From a virus, in the IMG/VR virus record IMGVR_UViG_3300025395_000007: a DNA stretch of 64,000 bases, one strand, 5' to 3'. A program made the translations under genes and the position numbers. Position 1 is the first letter of the stretch, and each line of letters begins with the position of its first letter. The notes beneath the pieces are model-generated. The model saw only the letters and a program-made list of their open reading frames with translations, had not been told where the DNA came from and searched no databases. Shown one piece after another: positions 42,845 through 53,959 of this stretch.

Positions 42845-45120
42845 TTTTCATCATCAACTTCACCAAACTTTAATGGAGAAGTCAAATCGATTTCTCCAGC
42901 ACCATCGTTGGTATTGAAATAATATAATTGTTTACCACCATACTTATAAAACATAAGCATGTGCTGTAGCATAACACTCATTGGAATTTGTTCTTCTTCA
43001 TAGAATTTCGGATTGTAAGAAGTGTTGACTGAAATTCCTTGGTCGATAAACTTCTGGAGTACTGCAACAATCTTAAGATACCCTTCTGGCGATTTTTGAT
43101 CCCAGAGTAAGTCGTATTTGTTCTTAAGCTTACGGATTTCAGGTACAACCTGTTTAAGAACTCCGTCTTTGCTTTGTTTGATGGAGACGAGAGAACGTGG
43201 AGGCTCAATACCGTTCGTAGCATTGCTAATCTGTGCAGATGTTTCCGACGGCATGAGTGCCATAAGAGTAGAGTTTCTAATTCCATTTGTTTTAGCATCT
43301 TCTCTGAGTTTGTCCCAGTTCATAGTATATATCGGATCTGCCAATTCGTCAACATCTTTCTTGTACGTATCAATTGGCATAAGTCCCTGAGAATATTTTG
43401 TCTCATTTGACTTACTAGGTGCACCCTTCTCCGCTGCTAGATCAACAGAAGCCTTAATCAAATAATAAGACCAAGCTTCTGCATACTTATGAAGTAGGTT
43501 CAATCCTTCTTTAGTAATGCCCTGATATGTTAGGTCATTACGAGCAAGCCAATATGCGAGATTAATAATCCCAACACCAAGAGGGCGACGAGCCATCGTG
43601 GAGTTTTTTGCTGCAAGGACGGGATAGTGCTGATAGCTAAGCAACTCGTCCAAAGCACGCACCACGAGAGTGCAAGGGCGTTCAAAATCATTTGGATCCT
43701 TTATCTTTCCCCAGTTAATAGCAGCGAGAGTACAAAGTGAAATCTCACCATCTGGATCATTAATATCATTAAGTGGTTTGGTTGGTAGATCAATTTCAGA
43801 GCAAAGATTGCTCATACGGATAGGTGCTAGTTCTTTAATGAACGAACCATGGTCATTAGCATGGTCCACATTTTGTAAATAGATACGACCAGTGTCTTTT
43901 CGCTCTTGCATGAAAGCCGAGAATAGATCAATTGCGGATATCGTCTTTTTGCGGATCTTGCTTGACTTTTCGTATTTTTCGTAGAGCGTTCTGAATTTGT
44001 CGCTATCTGTGAAAAACGCTTCGTACATGTCAGGAACATCGTTCGGCGAGAATAATGTGATGTTTCCGCCAGTAAGCAGTCTTTCATACATAACCTTATT
44101 GAATTGGACTCCATAGTCGAGATGTCTGACACGATTATCTTCCGTTCCTTTGTTGTTTTTTAATACGAGAATATCTTCTACTTCAAGATGCCATAAAGGA
44201 TAATAAAGAGTTGCTGCACCTCCTCTAACGCCACCTTGGCTGCAGCTTTTAACCGCTGACTGGAAGTGTTTGTAGAAAGGGACAACACCAGTATGAGAAG
44301 CATCGCCATTACGGATGGTGCTACCAATAGCCCGAATCCTACCAGCACCAATACCAATACCAGCTTTCTGAGAAACATACTTGACAATCGAAGCAGCGGT
44401 TGTGTTAATGGAGTCCAATGAATCATCTGTTTCGATAAGAACACACGAGCTGAACTGCTTCTGAGGAGTACGAAGACCTGCCATGATAGGCGTAGGGAGC
44501 GATATTTCGAAATTAGATACTGCATCATATAAGTCCTTTACCCATTTATTGCGTGTTTCCTTTGGATAATTACGAAACAGAACCATCGCAATAAGCATAT
44601 ACGTCATCTGAGGTGTTTCGAAAAATTTACCTGTTACTCTATTTTTAACTAGATACTTACCCCTAAACTGCTCCATACCAACGTAAGCGATGTTAAAATC
44701 GCGATTATGGTCAAGATAACCGTTAAGTACGTCAAGATCTTCTGCGTTGTACCATGTGTGTATGTCACTGTCGTAGTAGCCAGCATTGATAACATTGCTA
44801 ATATGATTAGATAATTTTGGTACATTGTAATCTCCATATACTTCTTTTCGAATATGATAATTGATTAAACGACCAGCAACATACTGATAGCTAGGTGTTT
44901 CTTCAGTGATAAGTTCGGCTGCAGCCTTAATTAAAGTTTCTTGTATTTCACTTGATTTGATACCATTATAGAACTGAATATGTGATTTCAATTCAATTTC
45001 AGATTCAGAAACACCATTAATACCATCACAAGCCCAATTAACAACTTTATGGAATTTATTTAAATCAATTGGTTCTTTTGTTCCGTTTCTTTTAACTACC
45101 ATTATCGGGCTTGTGATCAT
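42823..45120 (-). CDS. nrdA: Ribonucleotide reductase class Ia alpha subunit
   Basis: ATP cone, SSCVL, SNLCSEI, MPSETS and C-terminal CxxC. Confidence 0.97.
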   Translation of the reverse strand: MITSPIMVVKRNGTKEPIDLNKFHKVVNWACDGINGVSESEIELKSHIQFYNGIKSSEIQETLIKAAAELITEETPSYQYVAGRLINYHIRKEVYGDYNVPKLSNHISNVINAGYYDSDIHTWYNAEDLDVLNGYLDHNRDFNIAYVGMEQFRGKYLVKNRVTGKFFETPQMTYMLIAMVLFRNYPKETRNKWVKDLYDAVSNFEISLPTPIMAGLRTPQKQFSSCVLIETDDSLDSINTTAASIVKYVSQKAGIGIGAGRIRAIGSTIRNGDASHTGVVPFYKHFQSAVKSCSQGGVRGGAATLYYPLWHLEVEDILVLKNNKGTEDNRVRHLDYGVQFNKVMYERLLTGGNITLFSPNDVPDMYEAFFTDSDKFRTLYEKYEKSSKIRKKTISAIDLFSAFMQERKDTGRIYLQNVDHANDHGSFIKELAPIRMSNLCSEIDLPTKPLNDINDPDGEISLCTLAAINWGKIKDPNDFERPCTLVVRALDELLSYQHYPVLAAKNSTMARRPLGVGIINLAYWLARNDLTYQGITKEGLNLLHKYAEAWSYYLIKASVDLAAEKGAPSKSNETKYSQGLMPIDTYKKDVDELADPIYTMNWDKLREDAKTNGIRNSTLMALMPSETSAQISNATNGIEPPRSLVSIKQSKDGVLKQVVPEIRKLKNKYDLLWDQKSPEGYLKIVAVLQKFIDQGISVNTSYNPKFYEEEQIPMSVMLQHMLMFYKYGGKQLYYFNTNDGAGEIDLTSPLKFGEVDDENCVACTI

Positions 45121-45134
45121 CTCTTACCTCTTTC

Positions 45135-45800
45135 TTACTGTCCAATATCCAGTGTATCTTTCAATGAAGGAAACACTTTTGTTATTTCGTACCATGCATC
45201 AGTAGCTACCCCCCGATGCTCTTTTTGAGTGCCAATAGACATACGTAGCTGACAATAGTGAATCCAACTTCGAAGAGAACCAGCCATATAAAGACGAGAG
45301 ACAGTAAGACCTTCTGGCAAAACTGCACGAGCCTGTTCTTTTGCAATTCCATTACGAATTGCCCATTCATATTGTTTTTGTGCATATTCAATTACTATCT
45401 TTTGACGCTCATCCCAACCGTGTTTGAGCTCTGGATCGTCTTCTACTTCGATGGAGTTCTGTCTGTTTTTTGTATCTTGCAAACGGGCTTCACGAGTGAC
45501 GAATCCGAGGTCTTGGGTCGGATCCGCATATCTCTGGCTAAATTCTTGGAAAGAGAAGCTACGGTGGCGTAAAATCTGTCTAGCGATATCACGTGTGGTA
45601 TTAATCTCCATAACAACATGGACCATTTCGAATGGCGACCAATGTTTATTTTGCGCTAGATATTTCAATAACTTAGTTGATGTTAGTGTATTAGACTGAT
45701 TAGATGGATTACTTACACGAGCAACGTAAGCAATGAAATCATCAATATTCATATCTTCATTTATTGATTGCGTAACTGCAACAACTTTAGCATTATTCAT
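45135..45800 (-). CDS. thyX: Flavin-dependent thymidylate synthase
   Basis: HWSPFE, RHRSFSFQEFSQRY and TQKEH motifs. Confidence 0.95.
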   Translation of the reverse strand: MNNAKVVAVTQSINEDMNIDDFIAYVARVSNPSNQSNTLTSTKLLKYLAQNKHWSPFEMVHVVMEINTTRDIARQILRHRSFSFQEFSQRYADPTQDLGFVTREARLQDTKNRQNSIEVEDDPELKHGWDERQKIVIEYAQKQYEWAIRNGIAKEQARAVLPEGLTVSRLYMAGSLRSWIHYCQLRMSIGTQKEHRGVATDAWYEITKVFPSLKDTLDIGQ

Positions 45801-45963
45801 TTTCTTCTACCTTTTTCAGAGTATAAGATCCATTGCCATTGTCAATCCATTCAATATCATCTCCTGGATTCCAACCTAGCTCAGTTAATGTTGGATAAAA
45901 CTCTTCTGGAATAGGGATATAATAATCACCTGTACTGATGTCATATTCAATACGTACAATCAT
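45793..45963 (-). CDS. AbrB/MazE-like small protein (56 aa)
   Basis: Manual translation YIPIPEE...ELGWNPGDDIEW. Confidence 0.55.
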   Translation of the reverse strand: MIVRIEYDISTGDYYIPIPEEFYPTLTELGWNPGDDIEWIDNGNGSYTLKKVEENE

Positions 45964-45966
45964 GTC

Positions 45967-46182
45967 TCACGCCTTGCTTTTTTCCATCTGCTCAAGAATA
46001 AATTCTACAGGCTCGGTGCATGCAATAACACGACCATTGGAAAGAGCAATCTTAGTGTAGTAATCTTTTTCGTTTGGAAGAAGCAAGCCACCAGTGTTAG
46101 GGCGAAGTTCACGTTCCATATACTTTACATCTGAAAGATCGACGTAGAGATCAAGTCCTGGGAATGTAAGTTTAGTAAGCAT
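45967..46182 (-). CDS. Small protein, weakly FlbD-like
   Basis: TKIALSNGRVIACTEPVEFI pattern. Confidence 0.5.
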   Translation of the reverse strand: MLTKLTFPGLDLYVDLSDVKYMERELRPNTGGLLLPNEKDYYTKIALSNGRVIACTEPVEFILEQMEKSKA

Positions 46183-47213
46183 TATATTTTACTCCATTGT
46201 GTAAGCGCCATCTTGGCGGCGAGATCTTTATATGTATTTGTATCAATTATGTGTTTAATAAATTCAGGCGATAATCCTGCAAGTACCATATCGTTAATAT
46301 CCTTATGATCCAGATTGTCTGGCCAGATACATACATTATACCCGTTTAATATCGCTTTGTCAAGCTTTTTTATTGTGTCTTTTGATCTTGGTTCGTTGTC
46401 ATAGACAATTACCAAGGAAGATTTACATGATTGCTGAACATTACTGAGAGCAGAAACAAGATCACCGCCAGCAGTAGCAATACTATTAGGGATAAACATA
46501 GAATCAATTGGCCCCTCCATAACGTATGTAGTTTTATTAAAATCTACTGTATCTAAACCATAAAGTTTTGGAACATTTTCATTCAACACAATGGTAATAT
46601 ACTTAACAGATGATTTACTTATGCTTCTGCCTTGGAAAGCATGCAGGTTCTTATCCTTATCAAAGAAGGGAATAAGGATTCGTGTTTCGTCGCGCTTTAA
46701 AGCCTCTTGGGAAAACTTATCAGGAATAATAGTATTAACAAAACCCATAAAATTAGGAACAGCAAAAAGTTTAGCATGATAAGGATTTGGAATTTTCCTA
46801 TTTGTAATAAATTCTTTAATTGGATTTTCAGCTTTTAACTGACTGATTTTCTTTAGACCCTTTAGAGGACCACTTTTAAGGAATACAGGCTTCTTCATTT
46901 TATCAACGAAAGCTTCTAAATCAATCTGTACAGGAGACTTTTCGTCTTTTATCTTTTCCAAAACATAATCATTATATATGACCTGATCGATAGCCTTGAT
47001 TAGATTAGGAACAGAAGAAGTTGCATTGCAGTTATGGCAGTGGAACAGCATCTTTCCCTGCTTCTCGTAGATATACGCACGTGCCTTAGATTTATTAATT
47101 TCGGAGTCTCCACAAAGTGGACAACGAAAATTGTATAAATTTGATCCCTTGCGCTTAAACCGTTCTAAACGACTAGAGATTATACCAATGTACTTCTGCT
47201 GCAACCAATCCAT
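46182..47213 (-). CDS. gp61: DNA primase
   Basis: CPLCGDS...CHNC zinc finger; EGPIDS, DNEPR and KDINDM Toprim motifs. Confidence 0.95.
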   Translation of the reverse strand: MDWLQQKYIGIISSRLERFKRKGSNLYNFRCPLCGDSEINKSKARAYIYEKQGKMLFHCHNCNATSSVPNLIKAIDQVIYNDYVLEKIKDEKSPVQIDLEAFVDKMKKPVFLKSGPLKGLKKISQLKAENPIKEFITNRKIPNPYHAKLFAVPNFMGFVNTIIPDKFSQEALKRDETRILIPFFDKDKNLHAFQGRSISKSSVKYITIVLNENVPKLYGLDTVDFNKTTYVMEGPIDSMFIPNSIATAGGDLVSALSNVQQSCKSSLVIVYDNEPRSKDTIKKLDKAILNGYNVCIWPDNLDHKDINDMVLAGLSPEFIKHIIDTNTYKDLAAKMALTQWSKI

Positions 47214-47274
47214 ATTATTACCTTATTCAAAAGCGACAGTCTTATTATACTGTGTTTATCGAAAAAGGCAACAA

Positions 47275-47670
47275 TTATTTTGTCATAAGCAATTTTAAAA
47301 TATGATCGCCATATGCAATTAAAAATGAAACAACCGAGAATGCACCGACGTACATCCAAGTCATCTTTTCCATTTTACTAATTTTTTCAGCAAGAGTTGC
47401 ATGCTGTGCACTAGACTCTTCGCGCATTTTGTTCAATTGCTTGAGGATGCTATTATCTTGTTCTCTCATGGTGTTGTACACTTCATCTATTTGTTTATCC
47501 GTTTGTATTCTACGCTGTTCAACCATATCTTCTATGTAATCGTGCTGTTTATCGTGTTGTGTTATTCGTTGTTCGTGAACTGCGATGATTTTATTCAAAT
47601 CACTAGAAATTTCTGCTAATTTCTCTAGTGTATTTTCGATACGACTGATTCTGTAATTATCTTCGGTCAT
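47275..47670 (-). CDS. Coiled-coil protein with a C-terminal transmembrane helix
   Basis: WMYVGAFSVVSFLIAYG; holin-like role is only a guess. Confidence 0.6.
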   Translation of the reverse strand: MTEDNYRISRIENTLEKLAEISSDLNKIIAVHEQRITQHDKQHDYIEDMVEQRRIQTDKQIDEVYNTMREQDNSILKQLNKMREESSAQHATLAEKISKMEKMTWMYVGAFSVVSFLIAYGDHILKLLMTK

Positions 47671-48314
47671 GAGTTTCTCGTATCGGCTCGGCGTTCTTGA
47701 TTTTTTTCGTGTCTGGTAATATCACGAAGCCTTTTACCACCTAAAATACTTTTTGCTGTAGTGCGACCAGATATGTTTCCACCAAGCAACCCAGATATTA
47801 CATTATCTTCAGCAACAGGGTCAGATGGATTTTTTCTTTTAATGACTGGTATTTTCTTTTTATTACCACCAAGTATAGGATCGAACTTAGCAATATTTCC
47901 ATCACCAACATTATTAACAGCCCCACCGATAGCTGCTACTCCTCCATCTTCTCTTAATCTCATGATTGGCATATCCTTGAAAACTCCTGGATGTGTTGTA
48001 TCAAATTCTCTCATGATTCTACCCGCAAGTGCGTTGGCTTCATCTTCTTTCATTTGTTCAGATGAAACTTCACCATTCTCTCTTTGCTTGTAGTGAATAA
48101 GTTCGTGGGCAATTGTACGCATAACATCAATTGGATGACGATCAGTAATTCTTACTGAAATAGTATTACCTTTACCAGATGCCAAGAAATGACCAAATGC
48201 ATTTCTAATATTTTCTGATTTACCAACAAAATGAATTTTTGGCATAGATCTAAGTTTGAGCTTTTTAGCTGCAAAATCTATAAACTTTTTAAGGTCTCTT
48301 ATAGAAGTGTCCAT
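47667..48314 (-). CDS. Zincin-like metallopeptidase domain protein
   Basis: AHELIHYKQ...E.EA. Confidence 0.7.
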   Translation of the reverse strand: MDTSIRDLKKFIDFAAKKLKLRSMPKIHFVGKSENIRNAFGHFLASGKGNTISVRITDRHPIDVMRTIAHELIHYKQRENGEVSSEQMKEDEANALAGRIMREFDTTHPGVFKDMPIMRLREDGGVAAIGGAVNNVGDGNIAKFDPILGGNKKKIPVIKRKNPSDPVAEDNVISGLLGGNISGRTTAKSILGGKRLRDITRHEKNQERRADTRNS

Positions 48315-48703
48315 TATACTTTCCTTAATTTTGCAACTATCACATTATCCATATCAATAAGATTAGTATCTATTATTTTTTCACTACCTACATTATATAT
48401 CTTTTCAGGAATAATCTCTAATAAAACAAGAAAAGGTTTTATGTACTTCATTTGAGTCTTCAATTTCAAATAAAGTATTTTACATAAAACCTCGGGACCA
48501 AAACAATTATTGAGAATGATTATATGATTGAGTATTAATCTCTCTTTCAAATCACCATTCTCAATATATCTTGTAATTAATTTTTTAATATATTTAATTC
48601 TGTTAAGATCTTCATAAAAATCTTCAGTTGAATAATACTGAGGATTATCATAATTAGCAGCACAAAATAACAAAAAATTCTTATCAGTCAAATTCTCATT
48701 CAT
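48314..48703 (-). CDS. Hypothetical T4-like phage protein
   Basis: YDNPQ...EDFYEDLNRIKYIKKL...RLILNHII. Confidence 0.75.
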   Translation of the reverse strand: MNENLTDKNFLLFCAANYDNPQYYSTEDFYEDLNRIKYIKKLITRYIENGDLKERLILNHIIILNNCFGPEVLCKILYLKLKTQMKYIKPFLVLLEIIPEKIYNVGSEKIIDTNLIDMDNVIVAKLRKV

Positions 48704-48713
48704 TATTTATTAT

Positions 48714-49841
48714 TTAATATCCAATCGCATGATATTGGACACTTACACCCGTGGTTGTTGAAGAAGTTCTAATTGTTGCGACTGTTGTATTAGGAGAAGC
48801 TGCTTGGTAAGCAACGTTTGCAGAGCCTATCGCTGTAAGAGTAACAGATTGACAAGCTGTTGGAAATGCTACAGCGAATGTTGCATTACCTGTTGACGAA
48901 TTAGCAGAAACTGTACCCCATTGATGTAATACACCATTAGGTAGCCATACATAACCGTTTGCTGCCTTTGAAGCAGAACCTAAGTTAAATGTATTTGATG
49001 TAGTAGAAATACTACCATTAACTGCCATGCCAGTTGAATTAATAACTGCCATTTGTGTTGTTGCAACACCGCCAGTATAGAATGTTAAACTATCAGCAGA
49101 ACCAACCGAAATACGACCATTTGTAGATGTATAATCAACGACAATACCGTCTCCATATGCAGGAGCTCCAGCAAACGTAGAGTTAGAATAGAAACCGTTG
49201 CCTGCAGCGATTTCATTATTGACGACAAGGGTTGTGTTTATTTTTACGTTAGCAGAGAAAGTAGTTAGATTACTGAACGTATAAGCTGTATTAGTATTAA
49301 ATGCAGTGTATTGACTTGTACCATCTGCAAAATATATGTGACTATTATCAGCTAGCGTAAACCTATTGTCTGAGCCGTTAAAAATCCAATTTGCAGGAGC
49401 GCCAGAATTTCCACTATACATGCTTATTTGAAATGCATGGGGTGATGTGATAGCATTACTACCGTCTTTGTATACATTAATATAAGATGCGGTTCCATTA
49501 GTAGGATTAGCACCATAAGTAAAACTCATATAATCTAAAGTAGATGGAGCGTAAATGTCAAAACCTGTAGCACCTTCACCTTCTATATTGGCGCCCATCT
49601 GAATACCAAGAGGTAAATTTAAAACGCCATTGGCGTCTAAACTTACAGTATTACTACCATTTGTAAGATTAGCAATGAATACGTTTGATGTAAGTATTGA
49701 TACGTTTACTGTTCTAACAGAGGCATTGCCACCATTAATCGAAGTATTGCCAACGGCATTGTAAAGTAGTAGCACCCGATCAGTGGATGCTACGTTTAAT
49801 GCCGTTGGTAATTGCGATACTGATAACGAATTATCTGTCAT
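48714..49841 (-). CDS. Tail fibre-like protein
   Basis: Asn/Thr/Ser-rich; C-terminal NGYVWLPNGVLHQWG...FAVAFP domain. Confidence 0.7.
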   Translation of the reverse strand: MTDNSLSVSQLPTALNVASTDRVLLLYNAVGNTSINGGNASVRTVNVSILTSNVFIANLTNGSNTVSLDANGVLNLPLGIQMGANIEGEGATGFDIYAPSTLDYMSFTYGANPTNGTASYINVYKDGSNAITSPHAFQISMYSGNSGAPANWIFNGSDNRFTLADNSHIYFADGTSQYTAFNTNTAYTFSNLTTFSANVKINTTLVVNNEIAAGNGFYSNSTFAGAPAYGDGIVVDYTSTNGRISVGSADSLTFYTGGVATTQMAVINSTGMAVNGSISTTSNTFNLGSASKAANGYVWLPNGVLHQWGTVSANSSTGNATFAVAFPTACQSVTLTAIGSANVAYQAASPNTTVATIRTSSTTTGVSVQYHAIGY

Positions 49842-49854
49842 GATAATTCAACTA

Positions 49855-51123
49855 TTAAACTACTGCAGCGTTAGTAGCATTCGAAGCTGGGTTAGCAGCA
49901 CCAGTAATACCAGTTGAAGTAGTACCATTAACACCAATTGAACTCATTGCTACAAGAGTTTCATAGTGAACACGTCCAGCGCGACCGCCAGTACCTTCAC
50001 GACGAACAACCCAACCAGCGTGAGATACTTGTGGATAAGTCGAGTTAGTATCAAGATAACCAGTAGCGGTTTGACCTTGAATAGTGTGTGTTTCAGTGCT
50101 TGATGTGCTTGGAGCAAAAGAGATATTAGCACCACCAGAAGTGGCAGAAATAGCCATTGCAGTTGTATTAGCAAACGATACGTAGTAAGTTGTATTACCT
50201 GTTAATGGTGATACAGGGGTATTACTAGTTGGTACTTGGTATGTTAGAGCATCACCAACCTGCCAGTATGAATTAGCAGAAGTAAGTAAGAATACATCAT
50301 ATGTATTGGCAAGCTCGCCAGTTAATGCAGCAGTTTGTGGATTTAAATTAGCAATTGGAGTATTTGCTAGAGCCAGAGCCTGAGTAGTTGCTAATGATAC
50401 AACAGTTGAATTCGAGAAAGCAATGTAGTAATAAGCGTTGTTTGCAAGAGGCGCAACAACAGTATTGCCAGCTGGAGTTCTATATATAACTTTTTGGCCT
50501 TGTGTTGGAAATACAGTGTTTGCAGTTGAAATAGCAATAAAGGTATTTGAAGAAATACCATTAGTATTAGCACTGAAAGCTGAATTAGCGCCAGTTGGCT
50601 CGAAAGTTGAATTATTCGCATTAAGGGTGATTGCAGCAGGAGCAGCAATAGCAACTGTTGGAGCTGTAATATATCCAGAACCTGCAGTTGAAATATTAAG
50701 CGCATCAATACGACCAGCATTAGTTGAAGTATTAGCATGAGCATTAACAACGCCAGAAGTACCACCGTTTGTTACAGTAAGTGTAACAGCAGCATTGGCT
50801 TGGTAACCAGAGCCACCAAAACTTACAGTGGCGATAGCAAGGTTGCCACCGCTAGCAGTGCCATTAGCTTGTGATGTATTAACAGCAAAAACACCAATTG
50901 CCATATTTGCAACGAACGCGCCGATGGTAACATTACCATACATGTTAACGTCTACGTTTGCGCGAGATCCAGCCGATGTATTACCGAAGTGAGAGTTAGC
51001 GTCCATGCTTGTTAAACCGCCCTTTGCAAGAGCGTAAGTACCAATTGGTGCGCCATTTGATGTTTCTTTAGTAGTGCTGCTAGTAGCATTTACTGAAGCG
51101 TCATTTCTACCCCATTGTGCCAT
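49855..51123 (-). CDS. Virion structural protein (fibre or decoration-like)
   Basis: MAQWG start; HAGWV...GGRAGRVHYETLVAM; repeated PL..N..YY..F modules; late promoter at 51155-51162. Confidence 0.65.
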   Translation of the reverse strand: MAQWGRNDASVNATSSTTKETSNGAPIGTYALAKGGLTSMDANSHFGNTSAGSRANVDVNMYGNVTIGAFVANMAIGVFAVNTSQANGTASGGNLAIATVSFGGSGYQANAAVTLTVTNGGTSGVVNAHANTSTNAGRIDALNISTAGSGYITAPTVAIAAPAAITLNANNSTFEPTGANSAFSANTNGISSNTFIAISTANTVFPTQGQKVIYRTPAGNTVVAPLANNAYYYIAFSNSTVVSLATTQALALANTPIANLNPQTAALTGELANTYDVFLLTSANSYWQVGDALTYQVPTSNTPVSPLTGNTTYYVSFANTTAMAISATSGGANISFAPSTSSTETHTIQGQTATGYLDTNSTYPQVSHAGWVVRREGTGGRAGRVHYETLVAMSSIGVNGTTSTGITGAANPASNATNAAVV

Positions 51124-51170
51124 TTTGTTATTCCTCCTAAGAATTTCTTTTTTGTATTTATATTAATTGA

Positions 51171-51392
51171 TTACTGGGTTAACATATCGACCAAATAGGT
51201 AGAATGCTTTCGATCTACTTTACCACCAATATTCAAAAGGGCATGATCTGGATCAATGGTTTTTCTGGGTAATGTCGAGCTTATATTTTTATTCAAAAGT
51301 GAAACAGGTTCAGCTTTTTTTTCAGGTGCAGGGGCAGGAGAAGGTTTCTTCTCCTGCCCTAATATCATAAAATTGTCACTAATAAGTGGCAT
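51171..51392 (-). CDS. Small hypothetical protein
   Basis: TAATG coupling. Confidence 0.6.
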   Translation of the reverse strand: MPLISDNFMILGQEKKPSPAPAPEKKAEPVSLLNKNISSTLPRKTIDPDHALLNIGGKVDRKHSTYLVDMLTQ

Positions 51393-53920
51393 TATACTTT
51401 CAATCCTTCAGCTGAAGCGTGCATTTTATTAACAGCAGCCTGACGTTCAGCTGGCTTCAAGTTACCAAGATGAGCAACAATTCTTCTACCCATTGGAGCA
51501 GTAAGTTTGCTTACATCACCGTTGTCATGTTTGAAGTCAACAGGAACACCCGCCATAGCGCGACCAGCTTGAACCTGAATATGCTGGCGAGGATCACGAC
51601 CCATACCTACATTTGGATTTTCAGCATCTTTATCTGCCTTTGATGGGCGACCCATTTTTTTCTTGCCTGATTCATCAAGAATAGCAGATGAAGGAACTTG
51701 ACCAACGTCAGCTGAATCTTTATCAGTTTGTGGAGCAACTGCTGATTCATCAAAAGAAGCTAGATGTTCTAATTCTTCATCAGAAAATAAACCTTCCATT
51801 TGAACGCCAGGAACCTTAACCTTCTTTAACGATACTGATCTTTTTTCAATTTCAGCTGTACGCTTTGCAGGTGCATTTTTGTCCCAGCTGTCAATTGGCG
51901 CCTGACCTTTACGTGAGTCATGATAGCCTTTCATTGAACCAGCTAAAACTTTTTTAGCAAATGGACCAGCTTCATCAAGTTCAAATTCTTCAGCAGCAAT
52001 TTTTCTTTGTTTTGATCCAGGTAATGATGCTCTAGTCTCGTCATCACGTTCTTGTGCTTCTTTATTACGAGCGTATTTGTCAAACTTTTTAGCTTGACCT
52101 TTATAGATTTTTGAGGCTGCTGTGCCTGATGGAGTATCATTATCATAATCATATGCTTTCACTAGTGCATTATGTCTAGCTCTTTTTGCAAGATCTGATG
52201 AAACTTCATCGAGCTCGACTTCTTCTTTAATTCTTCTTAAAGCACTAGGATCTACGATTGTTTTTGAACCACCCATTGTTTTTGGTGGGATTTGAAATGT
52301 TTCTCCAGGTTTACCAAGCAAACCACTCTGAGTTGTAATACGAGATTGCGTACCTGTTGCAAATTTACCAAGATCTACTTCATGACGACCATCAGGGTGA
52401 ATTTTTGTTACTGTGCCTTCATGACCATGAGAAGCAAATCCTGGAGCATGGATTTTTACACGATCACCTACTTTAAATGCTTCATTAATAGCAGATTCTT
52501 TTAGTTTATGGCCAGTGGCTGCAGCCTTTTGGAATTTAGCTTTACCATATTTGTGACGACCAATAACAGCAGCTACTGCAGCTGGATTCTTGGCGCCTTT
52601 TGACTCAAGCGACTTCTCAAGCTTTTTGAAACCCATATACTTTTCTTCAATGGCTTCAATTTGTTCAAGAGTAAGCTTACCGCTTGCAAGAGCATCCATT
52701 GCTTCTTCAAAAGATTCAACAGTTTTCATACCAGTATATGAAAATGGATCTGGATTTTTCTTTTCAGGGGCTTTCTTAGGAGCAGGTGTAGGATTAACTG
52801 GTGGAGTTGGTACAGCTGCCTTTGGTTGTTCTTTTGGCATTTTCTTGATCATATCACCAATTGGATCTTCATCATCTTCTTGAAGTTTACCTGCTTTTTT
52901 AGCAGCCTTAAAACGCGAACCCCAAACTTCATCTTTTTCAGATTCAATTTTACCGTCACCATCCCAATCTTTCTTAGCTTTTTTAGCAGCTTCGAAAATA
53001 TTAGATGAATTTGCATCAAGACCAAGAACGGCATTAATGAGAGCTGATTCAGACATTTTTGATTTTCCTTTTTTCTTTGTTGGACCACCATCTTCATCTG
53101 CACCTGTAGTGTATTCAGACTGTTTCATTTCTGGTGCAGCTGGGGCTGGGGCTGCTGGCGTTTTATCTCCACCGCCAAAAAAATCACCAATTCTTTGAAC
53201 AAGATTTTTATTACCAGCGTCAGGCTTATTATAATTTACATCTGCAAATGAAACTGAACTACCAGAAGGAGTATTCGATGGAATTTTTTGATTATAATTT
53301 ATATTTGGACTTGAAACTGGGCTTGTAGGCGCAGCTGGAGTAATAGTTTTATTGCGATTATCATCACCTGCATCGCCTCTTGGTACTGCTGGTTTGAAAT
53401 TCTGTGATTGCTGATTCATTGCGCTTCCTGCAGGAGGAGCTTCTGGACCTTTTTGCATTTGGCCATTCATTGACATACCACCAGATTGTGGCATTCTGAG
53501 ATTATCACTATCTGCACGGCCACCAGTTGGTAGTCTAGCAGCGTCTGCAGTTCCAGGAACTGGCTGTGTACTTTTATTTTGTACAGGAGGAACTGGCGTG
53601 TTTGAACGTGGACCAGCTGTTAATTTAGAAGGATCATATGTAGGCTGAACTGGACCAGCTGCAGCGCCAATATCTCTTTGTTTTGCAATTACTGAAGGAT
53701 CATTAGCACCGCCTTTACGAGCGGTTAAACCTTGCTGTTGATTCATATATTGACCAAGAGTAGCTCCTGGATGAGTTTTTTGAAATGCAGCTAGTTCATC
53801 TTTGGTTACTACAGGAGCTTCCTGAATAGCATTCCAATTTGCTTCAGCATTTTTCATACGCTGTTCATTAATTTTTCTTTGTATTTCAGCAAGAGCTTCC
53901 TGAATCGTTTTACCTGACAT
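51392..53920 (-). CDS. Large modular low-complexity protein, probable internal head protein
   Basis: Late promoter at 53952-53959; many (L/I/M)xE sites; KOW-like and EF-hand-like islands. Confidence 0.6.
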   Translation of the reverse strand: MSGKTIQEALAEIQRKINEQRMKNAEANWNAIQEAPVVTKDELAAFQKTHPGATLGQYMNQQQGLTARKGGANDPSVIAKQRDIGAAAGPVQPTYDPSKLTAGPRSNTPVPPVQNKSTQPVPGTADAARLPTGGRADSDNLRMPQSGGMSMNGQMQKGPEAPPAGSAMNQQSQNFKPAVPRGDAGDDNRNKTITPAAPTSPVSSPNINYNQKIPSNTPSGSSVSFADVNYNKPDAGNKNLVQRIGDFFGGGDKTPAAPAPAAPEMKQSEYTTGADEDGGPTKKKGKSKMSESALINAVLGLDANSSNIFEAAKKAKKDWDGDGKIESEKDEVWGSRFKAAKKAGKLQEDDEDPIGDMIKKMPKEQPKAAVPTPPVNPTPAPKKAPEKKNPDPFSYTGMKTVESFEEAMDALASGKLTLEQIEAIEEKYMGFKKLEKSLESKGAKNPAAVAAVIGRHKYGKAKFQKAAATGHKLKESAINEAFKVGDRVKIHAPGFASHGHEGTVTKIHPDGRHEVDLGKFATGTQSRITTQSGLLGKPGETFQIPPKTMGGSKTIVDPSALRRIKEEVELDEVSSDLAKRARHNALVKAYDYDNDTPSGTAASKIYKGQAKKFDKYARNKEAQERDDETRASLPGSKQRKIAAEEFELDEAGPFAKKVLAGSMKGYHDSRKGQAPIDSWDKNAPAKRTAEIEKRSVSLKKVKVPGVQMEGLFSDEELEHLASFDESAVAPQTDKDSADVGQVPSSAILDESGKKKMGRPSKADKDAENPNVGMGRDPRQHIQVQAGRAMAGVPVDFKHDNGDVSKLTAPMGRRIVAHLGNLKPAERQAAVNKMHASAEGLKV

Positions 53921-53959
53921 TTTTTTATCCTTTAAAAATAGAATTATTCGATATTTATA

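Noticed and set aside
40966-45800. Introns or inteins in nrdA, nrdB or thyX
   Set aside because: All are continuous and of normal length
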